Source: Macrostomum lignano (taxonomy: Eukaryota). Taken from it: a stretch of DNA of 64,000 bases. Each line of letters begins with the position of its first letter. Positions within the stretch are counted from its first letter, which is position 1. The position numbers were made by a program, and so were the translations under genes. The notes beneath the pieces are model-generated. The model was not told the origin of the DNA and searched no databases. It was given only the letters and a program-made list of their open reading frames with translations. Positions 48,665-60,252 of the stretch are shown piece after piece. The stretch is taken from NCBI GenBank assembly GCA_002269645.1, contig NIVC01001183.1, forward strand, positions 1 through 64,000. Direction: 5' to 3'.

Positions 48665-50765
48665 GGGGAATTTCCATCAATTCAATCAGTGTGGGGAATT
48701 CGCATCAACTCAATCAGTGTGGGGAATCTCCATCAACTCAGTCAGTTTGGGGAATTTCCATGAACTCAATCAGTGTGGGGAATTTCCATCAATTCAATCA
48801 GTGTGGGGAATTCACATCAAGTCAACCAGTGTGGGGAATTTCCATCAATTCAATCAGTGTGGGGAATCTCCATCAACTCAATCAGTGTGGGGAATTCACA
48901 TCAACTCAATCAGTGTGGGGAATTTCCATCAATTCAATCAGTGTGGGGAATTCACATCAACTCAATCAGTGTGGGGAATCTCCATCAAATCAATCAGTTT
49001 GGGGAATTCCCATGAACTCAATCAGTTTGGGGAATTCCCATGAACTCAATCAGTGTGGGGAATTTCCATCAATTCAATCAGTGTGGGGAATTTCCATCAA
49101 TTCAATCAGTGTGGGGAATTCACATCAACTCAATCAGTGTGGGGAATCTCCATCAACTCAGTCAGTTTGGGGAATTTCCATCAACTCAATCAGTGTGGGG
49201 AATTCCCATGAACTCAATCAGTGTGGGGAATTTCCATCAATTCAATCAGTGTGGGGAATTTCAATCAAGTCAACCAGTGTGGGGAATTCCCATCAACTCA
49301 ATCAGTGTGGGGAATTTCAATCAATTCAATCAGTGTGGGGAATTTCCATCAATTCAACCAGTGTGGGGAATTTCCATCAACCCAATTAGTGTGGGAATTC
49401 CCATCAACTCAATCAGTATGGAGAATTCCCATCAACCCAATTAGTGTGGGGAATTCCTATCAGCTCAATCAGTTTAGGGAATTTCCATCAATTCAACTCA
49501 ATCAGTGTAGGGAATTTCCATCAATTCAACTCAATCAGTTTAGGGAATTTCCATCAACTCAACTCAATCAGTTTAGGGAATTTCCATCAACTCAACTCAA
49601 TCAGTTTAGGGAATTCCCATCAACTCAACTCAATCAGTTTAGGGAATTCCCATCAATTCAACTCAATCAGTTTAGGGAATTTCCATCAACTCAACTCAAT
49701 CAGTTTAGGGAATTCCCATCAACTCAACTCAATCAGTTTAGGGAATTTCCATCAACTCAACTCAATCAGTTTAGGGAATTTCCATCAACTCAACTCAATC
49801 AGTTTAGGGAATTTCCATCAATTCAACTCAATCAGTTTAGGGAATTCCCATCAACTCAACTCAATCAGTTTAGGGAATTTCCATCAACTCAACTCAATCA
49901 GTTTAGGGAATTCCCATCAACTCAACTCAATCAGTTTAGGGAATTTCCATCAATTCAACTCAATCAGTTTAGGGAATTTCCATCAACTCAACTCAATCAG
50001 TTTAGGGAATTTCCATCAACTCAACTCAATCAGTTTAGGGAATTTCCATCAATTCAACTCAATCAGTGTAGGGAATTTCCATCAATTCAACTCAATCAGT
50101 GTAGGGAATTTCCATCAACTCAACTCAATCAGTGTAGGGAATTTCCATCAATTCAACTCAATCAGTGTAGGGAATTTCCATCAATTCAACTCAATCAGTT
50201 TAGGGAATTCCCATCAACTCAACTCAATCAGTTTAGGGAATTTCCATCAACTCAACTCAATCAGTTTAGGGAATTTCCATCAATTCAACTCAATCAGTGT
50301 AGGGAATTCCCATCAACTCAACTCAATCAGTTTAGGGAATTTCCATCAATTCAACTCAATCAGTTTAGGGAATTTCCATCAACTCAACTCAATCAGTTTA
50401 GGGAATTTCCATCAATTCAACTCAATCAGTGTAGGGAATTTCCATCAATTCAACTCAATCAGTGTAGGGAATTTCCATCAATTCAACTCAATCAGTGTGG
50501 GGAATTTCCATCAATTCAACTCAATCAGTGTAGGGAATTTCCATCAATTCAACTCAATCAGTTTAGGGAATTTCCATCAATTCAACTCAATCAGTGTAGG
50601 GAATTTCCATCAATTCAACTCAATCAGTTTAGGGAATTTCCATCAATTCAACTCAATCAGTTTAGGGAATTCCCATCAACTCAACTCAATCAGTGTAGGG
50701 AATTTCCATCAATTCAACTCAATCAGTGTGGGGAATTTCCATCAATTCAATCAGTGTGGGGAATT
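48665..50765. repeat. Two-phase minisatellite (28-bp then 33-bp unit), each unit carrying GGGAATTTCC/GGGAATTCCC or a close variant
   Basis: cagtgtggggaatttccatcaattcaat (to ~49450), then cagtttagggaatttccatcaactcaactcaat. Roughly 65-70 units. Confidence 0.97.
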
Positions 50766-51409
50766 TCTACGATTGTCAATACCCTAAAATGCACTGCGAA
50801 ATATAGAACTGAACAAAGTACATTAACATTATAACCTTGAACTCACTTTAGCTAGTACTACTATGCACCTTTATTTAAAGAAATAAAAACAATCAACCAC
50901 AAAATGAAACAAAGTAAAACAACAGAACCAATTTTATAAAACAGTAAACAGGCAGAGCAGAGATAGATGGATTCGCTGTTAAATATTCTACCAGATCGTT
51001 CGCAAAATGACCCACCCAATTCATTCAAAACAAAAAGGCAAATTGTGGCACATAAAAATCAATATATATTTGTACGAGCTACTAGGCTTCGATTACAGAA
51101 GAAATAATAAGCATTATGCGAATCTGTAACAGGGTTGTGATCGATTTAATACTAAACAGAAGTACAGCCGCCGCCACTTTGAAACACCACCAACCACTGC
51201 AAAGGAAAGCATAGCACTTGATAAGAGCAGATTAGAACTTATAAAAAATAATTCTAAAATCTTGTGAAATTATGTAGGTCCGCGAATTGAAACTGCCATG
51301 CATATCGGTTTACACGCGTTAATGTTGTTTTCAGACTAACAAAGTGACGTATAGATATTATTGAAATATAAATTGCCCAAATCAATGACTTGCATGTGTA
51401 ATGAGATCA

Positions 51410-51988
51410 ATGCTACCTGCAGTTTTAGGGATTTCACGAGATGCTACCTGCAGTTTTTAGGGATTTCACGAGATGCTACCTGCAGCTCTTAGGGATTTCA
51501 CGAGATGCTACCTGCAGTTTTTAGGGATTTCACGAGATGCTACCTGCAGTTTTTAGGGATTTTACGAGATGCTACCTGCAGTTTTTAGGGATTTCACGAG
51601 ATGCTACCTGCAGTTTTTAGGGATTTTACGAGATGCTACCTGCAGTTTTTAGGGATTTCACGAGATGCTACCTGCAGTTTTTAGGGATTTCACGAGATGC
51701 TACCTGCAGCTCTTAGGGATTTCACGAGATGCTACCTGCAGTTTTTAGGGATTTCACGAGATGCTACCTGCAGTTTTTAGGGATTTCACGAGATGCTACC
51801 TGCAGTTTTTAGGGATTTCACGAGATGCTACCTGCAGTTTTTAGGGATTTCACGAGATGCTACCTGCAGTTTTTAGGGATTTCACGAGATGCTACCTGCA
51901 GTTTTTAGGGATTTCACGAGATGCTACCTGCAGTTTTTAGGGATTTCACGAGATGCTACCTGCAGTTTTTAGGGATTTCACGAGATGC
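51410..51988. repeat. 32-bp minisatellite gagatgctacctgcagtttttagggatttcac, about 18 copies, just downstream of the MFSD13A stop
   Basis: Near-perfect tandem copies. Confidence 0.97.
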
Positions 51989-52014
51989 TCTACCACCCGC
52001 AACTTCAGGCAAAG

Positions 52015-53945
52015 TCACACAAAGCGCAGTGCGGCAGCCCCAGCCCGCAGTCGGTAGCACAGCTCCTTGACTCGACGCTGCCGATCTCCGTGCAGGCTGA
52101 AGCGGGTCCACAGCGCCAATTGCACGCAGCCGCAGGCAAGCGGCACCCAGCCGAGCACGCGGAGGCAGCCGAGGCGTGCGGCCGAATCGAGCGGGGCCGC
52201 TCCGGCGGCCAGAGGTCGGTCCGCACCAAGGAGGTCCCGGCCGACGAAATGCGAGAATAGGGCGGTGCCGAGCAGCGGGGCGAGGGTCTGGCCGGGTTTG
52301 CTGAGCAGGGCTGTGGACCCGAATATGAGGGCGCTGATTGGCTCGGAGCGGCGGTGCATTGCGTAATCCTCGTCTACCAGGTCCGACACCTGCGATTTGG
52401 TGACAGGCGGTTGAGGTTGTGTGACAGGCGATTGGGGCTGTGTGACAAGCTATGGGGGTTGTGTGACAGGCGATTGGGGTTGTGTGACAGGCTATGGGGG
52501 TTGTGTGGCAGGCTATGGGGGTTGTGTGACAGGCGATTGGGGTTGTGTGACAGGCGATTGGGGTTGTGTGACAGGCTATGGGGGTTGTGTGACAGGCGAC
52601 TGGGGTTGTGTGACAGGCGATTGGGGTTGTGTGACAGGCTATGGGGGTTGTGTGACAGGCGATTGGGGTTGTGTGACAGGCGATTGGGGTTGTGTGACAG
52701 GCGATTGGGGTTGTGTGACAGGCGATTGGGGTTGTGTGACAGGCTATGGGGGTTGTGTGGCAGGCTATGGGGGTTGTGTTACAGGCTATGGGGGTTGTGT
52801 GGCAGGCTATGGGGGTTGTGTGGCAGGCTATGGGGGTTGTGTTACAGGCTATGGGGGTTGTGTGGCAGGCTATGGGGGTTGTGTGACGGGCTATGGGTGT
52901 TGTGTGACAGACTATGGGGGTTGTGTGGCAGGCTATGGGGGTTGTGTTACAGGCTACGGGGGTTGTGTGAAAGGTAATGGGGGTTGTGTGATAGGATCTG
53001 GGCACTGTGTGATAGGATCTGGGAACTGTGTGATAGTCTTAAATAAATAATTTAATTAAATAATGAAACAAAAGCAAGTCTTACCACAAGATTCAACAAT
53101 TTGCAGACGCCTTCGGTGAACACCCGGTTGCTAAGCAACAGGCAAGCCAGCGGCAGAGTGCCAGTAGGCAGGGCGGTGAGGACAAACAGTCCAGACAGAG
53201 CCTTAGCCAGCAGCAGGCCCCTGACAACTGCGTAGGCTCCGTAGGAGTCGCACAGCCGAAGGAAGGCCACGTTGTTGAGATGCGGCAGAACAAAAGAGAC
53301 GGCCAGCACAGCCGAACCAATCAGCGATACAGTCGAAGCGGAGTACTCAGTCGAGGACTGCTCGCTGCTCAGCAATAGCAGAAACAAAGGAAAGAAATTG
53401 GAATTGAAATGACAATGAAACACTTGCAACAGTTGGGTGCAGCAGAAGTAGACAAAATTCTTGTGCGCCAATAATTGACCGGAGAAGGAGCGCAGCTGGC
53501 TGCACAGAGGCTTGCTTGGCATCTCTTGGGCTTCGCTTGGATCTACTTCGTCAGAGGCCGCGGAGCGGGCCGCGTGAGCTCGGCGAATGCCCCGACTGAA
53601 CAGCAGGTAGCCAGCCAGCGCCACGCAGGCCAAGAAGGTGGTGAACAGGCGGAATGGCAGCAGGCGGGCGCGGTCCCACACCAGGTAGCTGACGAACACC
53701 GAGCCCGAGGCGGCGCCGCTGCCAAGGCTGGCGCCCAGGCTGAGCCGGTGCCGCTCCGACTGGCGCAGAGTCAGGTCCGCCTGCAGGGCGGTGAAGTGCA
53801 CCTGGGGAATTCGGGTGGGGGGTTGAACTACTGATAGTAGCTAGCTAGGGTTGGGACTGGAGCGACACTGCATCAATGGGCAATGGACACCATAGAAAGA
53901 CAGACAGACAGACAGACACTAAGACAGACAGAGAGACACTAAGAC

Positions 53946-54032
<87 letters not shown>

Positions 54033-54035
54033 CTA

Positions 54036-54066
<31 letters not shown>

Positions 54067-54135
54067 AAGACAGACAGACAGACACTAAGACAGACAGACA
54101 GACAGACAGTCACTAAGACACTAAGACACTAAGAC

Positions 54136-54210
<75 letters not shown>

Positions 54211-54229
54211 GTCACTAAGACACTAAGAC

Positions 54230-54294
<65 letters not shown>

Positions 54295-55531
54295 GGTCCA
54301 GCCAAAACGCAGGAAGCCAACCGACCTCAACAGCGGTGAGGCAGGCATCGTACAGGCAGAGGCAGACAAGGAATTGCACAGCGGGCCAGCCCGGCAGCCA
54401 GCGCAGCCACATCAGAGCGAAGCTCAAGGCCAATAGCGGCCCAAATCTGGCCAGCAGGCGCAGCCGGCGTTCAACGATCCGGCCGGCCCGCCGACCCGCC
54501 AGGGTGCCGCCGTCGCTCAGCCAGCCGAACACGTAGTCATTGACGGAGTTCCACACTAGAAATAGCAGCTCGGCCAGCCAGAATGACGCCTGTGCGATGG
54601 AGAGGTTGGGACAGGCTCTAAGAATTTGTGAGTCATCGACTGTCTCGCATTCGTCTTTGTGTCTCTCATTCCTGTCTGTGTCTTTAGTTCTTGTCTCTAT
54701 GGCTCTCATTCCTGTCTCTATGGCTCTCATTCCTGTCTCTATGGCTCTCATTCCTGTCTCTATGGCTCTCATTCCTGTCTCTATGGCTCTCATTCCTGTC
54801 TCTATGGCTCTCATTCCTGTCTCTATGGCTCTCATTCCTGTCTCTGTGTCTCTCATTCCTGTCTCTATGGCTCTCATTCCTGTCTCTGTGTCTCTCATTC
54901 CTGTCTCTATGGCTCTCATTCCTGTCTCTATGGCTCTCATTCCTGTCTCTATGGCTCTCATTCCTGTCTCTATGGCTCTCATTCCTGTCTCTATGGCTCT
55001 CATTCCTGTCTCTGTGTCTCTTATTCCTGTCTGTGTGTCTCTTATTCCTGTCTCTGTGTCTCATTCCTGTCTCTGTGTCTCATTCCTGTCTCTGTGTCTC
55101 ATTCCTGTCTCTGTGTCTCTCATTCCTGTCTGTGTGTCTCTCATTCCTGTCTCTGTGTCTCTCATTCCTGTCTCTGTGTCTCTTATTCCTGTCTGTGTGT
55201 CTCATTCCTGTCTCTGTATCTCTCATTCCTGTCTCTGTGTCTCTTATTCATGTCTCTGTGTCTCTCATTCCTGTCTCTGTGTCTCTCATTCCTGTCTCTG
55301 TGTCTCTCATTCCTGCCTGTGTCGCAGGCCCCCTCTCCGCGTCTCTCAACCGCACTCCCTTGCTCTAGCTTTGCCCACCTTGTCCACCTGGAACACGTTC
55401 ACATAAGCGTCCACGTGGTACAGCAGGAAGACATTCTGCAGCAGCGAGGTGCAGAACGCCAGGCCGCCATAGTTCAACCAGACGGGCCTGAATGCGGCTG
55501 CTGGCGATTCGTCGGCCAAATGAGGCGACAT
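52015..55531 (-). CDS. MFSD13A: MFS transporter MFSD13A/TMEM180-like, 4 exons: 55531-55379, 54589-54326, 53801-53085, 52389-52015. The start codon could lie further upstream.
   Basis: Matches recalled TMEM180 motifs: [103 protein letters not shown]. Junctions are phase-0 GT-AG. Confidence 0.92.
52395..53035. repeat. 21-bp G-rich minisatellite ggttgtgtgacaggc(gattgg/tatggg) in MFSD13A intron 3
   Basis: About 30 copies. Confidence 0.96.
53895..54295. repeat. (GACA)n microsatellite in MFSD13A intron 2
   Basis: Long GACA runs interrupted by cactaa. Confidence 0.97.
54660..55320. repeat. 21-bp minisatellite ctcattcctgtctct(atggct/gtgtct) in MFSD13A intron 1
   Basis: About 30 copies. Confidence 0.96.
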
Positions 55532-55769
55532 TCCGCTGCCTTGGTGGGACGGCGCGGTGAACAAAGGAGCGCCGGCGATGTCAGCGACTGCAGGCCAAAT
55601 GGGGCTGGGGCCGCGGCTTTGGCTGCAAAATGGATTTGTTACAGTTTTTGTGTTTAAAAAGCACCAATCTTCTAATAGCATTGGTGTCTGATTAGCAAAA
55701 TTATAGAGATACATTTCTGTGTAGAGATATTTTCAGTAGCTGTCTGCTATATGACCTCCTGTCCTTTAG

Positions 55770-56205
55770 TGCCCGCTGCTGCTGCCCTCCGATCCTTCAG
55801 TGCCCACTGCTGCTGCCCTCAGATCCTTCAGTGCCCGCTGCTGCTGCCCTCCGATCCTTCAGTGCCCGCTGCTGCTGCCCTCCAATCCTTTAGTGCCCGC
55901 TGCTGCTGCCCTCCGATCCTTCAGTGCCCGCTGCTGCTGCCCTCCGATCCTTCAGTGCCCGCTGCTGCTGCCCTCCAATCCTTTAGTGCCCGCTGCTGCT
56001 GCCCTCCGATCCTTCAGTGCCCGCTGCTGCTGCCCTCCGATCCTTCAGTGCCCGCTGCTGCTGCCCTCCAATCCTTCAGTGCCCGCTGCTGCTGCCCTCC
56101 GATCCTTCAGTGCCCGCTGCTGCTGCCCTCCGATCCTTCAGTGCCCGCTGCAGCCTCCCTCCAATCCTTCAGTGCCCGCTGCTGCTGCCCTCAGGTCCTT
56201 CAGTG
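55770..56205. repeat. 31-bp minisatellite cagtgcccgctgctgctgccctccgatcctt upstream of MFSD13A
   Basis: About 14 copies. Confidence 0.95.
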
Positions 56206-56779
56206 ACTACTCTCCAAGATCCAAATGCAGCACAAGTCGCTCACTCAGTGTTCAGACGCAATCGCCCGTGTGCGCAGAGCTCCAAAGGAAAGCTAGTTGA
56301 ACGAGTATGCTTCGCTGTTCGACTCTGTTTCATTAGTGAATAATAGGCTTATTGAATGTTATAGCTATTCTAAATTTACCCGCAAGACTGAGTGTAGCGT
56401 GAAGTTTCCTTAAGATTAAATCTGAATTGTAGCAGTTTTCTATATATTCTAGAACGTCTATCTACTTACTGTTCACGCACACTTGGCTACAGGCTATTTA
56501 TGCACAATTGATTTTTAATGCCGTTTAATTACAACCGAATGGCACGATTTAAGAATGAATTTAGATTGAGATTGGATTGAAATGAGAGCGCACACATACT
56601 CACACACTGCTCTCTGCTCCGAAGCCAGCTACAATAACTATATTTTTCTATTAAAACAGCGTATGCCACATGAAGCAAAAACTAATTGAGACTTTTTGAA
56701 AAAAAAATTAGGATTATATGCCTAGATTTAGAATCCTTGATGCTACTATTAGAGGTTAAGATATCATTCTTATCCTTCA

Positions 56780-58105
56780 TGACATCTCAGCAACTCCCCA
56801 TTCAGCCAATTGGCATCTCAGCAACTCCCCATTGAGCCAATTGGCATCTCAGCAACTCCCCATTGAGCCATGGCATCTCAGCAACTCCCCATTGAACCAA
56901 TTGGCATCTCAGCAACTCCCCATTGAACCAATTGGCATCTCAGCAACTCCCCATTGAACCAATTGGCATCTCAGCAACTCCCCATTGAACCAATTGGCAT
57001 CTCAGCAACTCCCCATTGAGTCAATTGGCATCTCAGCAACTCCCCATTGAGTCAATTGGCATCTCAGCAACTCCTTTATTGAACCAATTGGCATCTCAGC
57101 AACTCCCCATTGAGCCAATTGGCATCTCAGCAACTCCCCATTGAGCCAATTGGCATCTCAGCAACTCCCCATTGAGCCAATTGGCATCTCAGCAACTCCC
57201 AATTGAACCAATTGGCATCTCAGCAACTCCCCATTGAGCCAATTGGCATCTCAGCAACTCCCCATTGAGTCAATTGGCATCTCAGCAACTCCCCATTGAG
57301 TCAATTGGCATCTCAGCAACTCCCCTATTGAACCAATTGGCATCTCAGCAACTCCCCATTGAGCCAATTGGCATCTCAGCAACTCCCCATTGAGCCAATT
57401 GGCATCTCAGCAACTCCCCATTGAGCCAATTGGCATCTCAGCAACTCCCCATTCAGCCAATTGGCATCTCAGCAACTCCCCATTGAACCAATTGGCATCT
57501 CAGCAACTCCCCATTGAACCAATTGGCATCTCAGCAACTCCCCATTGAGTCAATTGGCATCTCAGCAACTCCCCATTGAGTCAATTGGCATCTCAGCAAC
57601 TCCCCTATTGAACCAATTGGCATCTCAGCAACTCCCCATTGAGCCAATTGGCATCTCAGCAACTCCCCATTGAGCCAATTGGCATCTCAGCAACTCCCCA
57701 TTCAGCCAATTGGCATCTCAGCAACTCCCCTATTGAACCAATTGGCATCTCAGCAACTCCCCATTGAGCCAATTGGCATCTCAGCAACTCCCCATTGAGC
57801 CAATTGGCATCTCAGCAACTCCCCATTCAGCCAATTGGCATCTCAGCAACTCCCCATTCAGCCAATTGGCATCTCAGCCACCCCCCTATTAAACCAATGG
57901 GCATCTCACCAACTCCCATTGAGCCATGGCATCTCAGCAACTCCCCATTGAGTCAATTGGCATCTCAGCAACTTTCCATTAAGCCATGGCATCTCAGCAA
58001 CTCCCCATTGAGTCAATTGGCATCTCAGCAACTCCCCATTGAGTCAATTGGCATCTCAGCAACTTTCCATTGAGCCATGACCTCTTAGCAAACCCCCATT
58101 GAGCC
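56780..58105. repeat. 31-bp minisatellite attggcatctcagcaactccccattgagcca (palindromic CCAATTGG junction)
   Basis: About 42 copies. Confidence 0.97.
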
Positions 58106-59392
58106 TTGGCAATACTATTAGCAGTGGTAAAGTATAACCTGACATAATAAAATACTCCATAGCTAGATAAATTCTGTTTAAGACAAGTCCTCACAACCAT
58201 TTCTGCATATCAAAGCCTCTACAGGACTATTGAAAGCCAGCTTCTACCATGCTAAAATCACACAAATATACAGCAAATATTTTGAAATCATTGACACATG
58301 TCACTTAAATTGTAATATATTCAAAGTTTTATATATCCAAAAGCCTAGTCCCTCTATTAGCCTTAGAAAGACCCAGCTATTATATAATGACAAAAGGTAA
58401 TATATTGTGCATTTTTTATGATATAATGTACTATTCATATAGTCATTGAAAGCTTATTTACCTCTAAGGTAAAGGTATTTTTACTTGTTATTTAATATTT
58501 GCATACAAGGTCACAATCAAAAGCCACTCCTTTATATTTACTTCTTTATACCTTGATACCTTTAATGCATTACTACTACCAGTATTATAATATAATTATT
58601 CTTCAACTTTATAGAAACAAAAAATTAATAATGATATTTTATAGGGCACATATTTAAGAATTTATTAGCACACTTAGTGTATCAAAAATTCTGTATAGTG
58701 CGTAGGCCCCTATTACAATTATCTTACTAGAAAGGTTTTTTAAATAACTAGAGTTAAAATTGGATCTCAATCTTAAAATCCTAGAATTTTATCAATAATT
58801 AAGATCTGAATCCTACCTAATTCCAAAATGATAAAATATTGATTACAGTAGCATACATAGGTCATAGGATTTTGCATTGTGGGAGCTGCCATTAACAAGT
58901 TAACAAGTTGTGACAATAAAGGAGTCAAGACCTTTTTTGATTGCAAAAATAAAAGACCTTTTTGGGCAAGAGTTATAACAACAAAGGACTTTGTAAGTAT
59001 AGCCATACCAATAAAAAGTGGAGAGCAGTACTCAGCCTAGTGGCTATAGGCCCCCTGGCCTCCCCCTCCCTTGTATATAAGCATATGCCACTGATTGATT
59101 ACATCTAACCTCTACTTTCATTGGGGCCTAATATCAAAATCATAGGGTTGCCAAGTATTTTGGTACTTGGCACTTCAGTACCTCATCCAGTTTAGGGGCC
59201 TATTCTTTAGTGCCCAAATTTAATAAACAATATCTTACTTTAAATAAAGAACTGCTAGGTTCTTAATCTATCAATCAAAGACAATAAATTTTCTAGTAAA
59301 GGGAGACTGTTTCACTGTCTGCTATTTATATATTATTGATACTATAATCTATAATTATAACTATGACTATGGCTATGACTGGTAAAAATGTT

Positions 59393-60209
59393 GGGAGTGC
59401 TTATTTAGCCGGCACCGGCCGAATAAGTTCGCTACTATTTAGCCGGCAGTCCTGCCCCACTGCCGGTCAAATAAGCTCGTCACTATTTAGCCGGCAGTCC
59501 TGCCCCACTGCCGGTCAAATAATTGCGTCACTATTTAGCCGGCAATCCTGGCCCCCAATGGCCACGCCCATATATATATTTATTTGAGATATTTAAACTT
59601 TGGGCAATACAAAGTATAGGTAAAGTGAATATAAATCAATGCAGATTCAGTACAATTTATTACTTGCCTTCAAGTTTGTTTAATTGTTTCTGGAAGTCTT
59701 GCATATTCCGGAAATTATTTGTAGCAGCAGAAGACACATTAACAATTAAAAAATTAATTATGCATGTTTTACTTTCACTTTAATCTCTGAATCAAAAAAC
59801 TCCAAAATTGTCGGATAAATAATTAGCTTGTAGTATGTTAAATTATTAATTTAAGGTCATGACGAGCAGTGCGCAGTTATAAAATGTATAAATATATTTT
59901 GACCAGCGTGGCCATTGGGGCCAGGACTGCCGGCTAAATAGTGACGCAATTATTTGACCGGCAGTGGGGCAGGACTGCCGGCTAAATAGTGACGCAATTA
60001 TTTGACCGGCAGTGGGGCAGGACTGCTGGCTAAATAGTGACGCGCTTATTTGACCGGCAGTAGGGCAGGACTGCCGGCTAAATAGTGACGAGCTTATTTG
60101 ACCGGCAGTGGGGCAGGACTGCCGGCTAAATAGTGACGAGCTTATTCGGCCGGTGCCGGCTAAATAGTAGCAAACTTATTCGACCGGTGCCGGCTAAATA
60201 AGCACTGCC
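59393..60209. mobile_element. Non-autonomous foldback/MULE-type element, 817 bp, 9-bp TSD
   Basis: Long inverted arms built of tandem gccggctaaatagtgacg..ggggcaggact units. Ends gggagtgc../..gcactgcc. An identical flank aaaaatgtt occurs at 59384-59392 and 60210-60218. Confidence 0.85.
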
Positions 60210-60252
60210 AAAAATGTTACGCCAGGAAAGGGACTAAGCATACTACTATAAT

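Noticed and set aside
49221-50834. 537-aa and 447-aa repetitive ORFs (NQFREFPSTQL)n
   Set aside because: They are translations of a 33-bp tandem repeat that happens to lack stops in some frames, with no start context or splice support.
51956-55657. Long repetitive ORFs such as (CHTTPIA)n, (MRAIETG)n, (SHSCLYG)n and poly-DRQT
   Set aside because: They are intronic 21-bp and GACA repeats of MFSD13A; the real exons are delimited by GT-AG sites.
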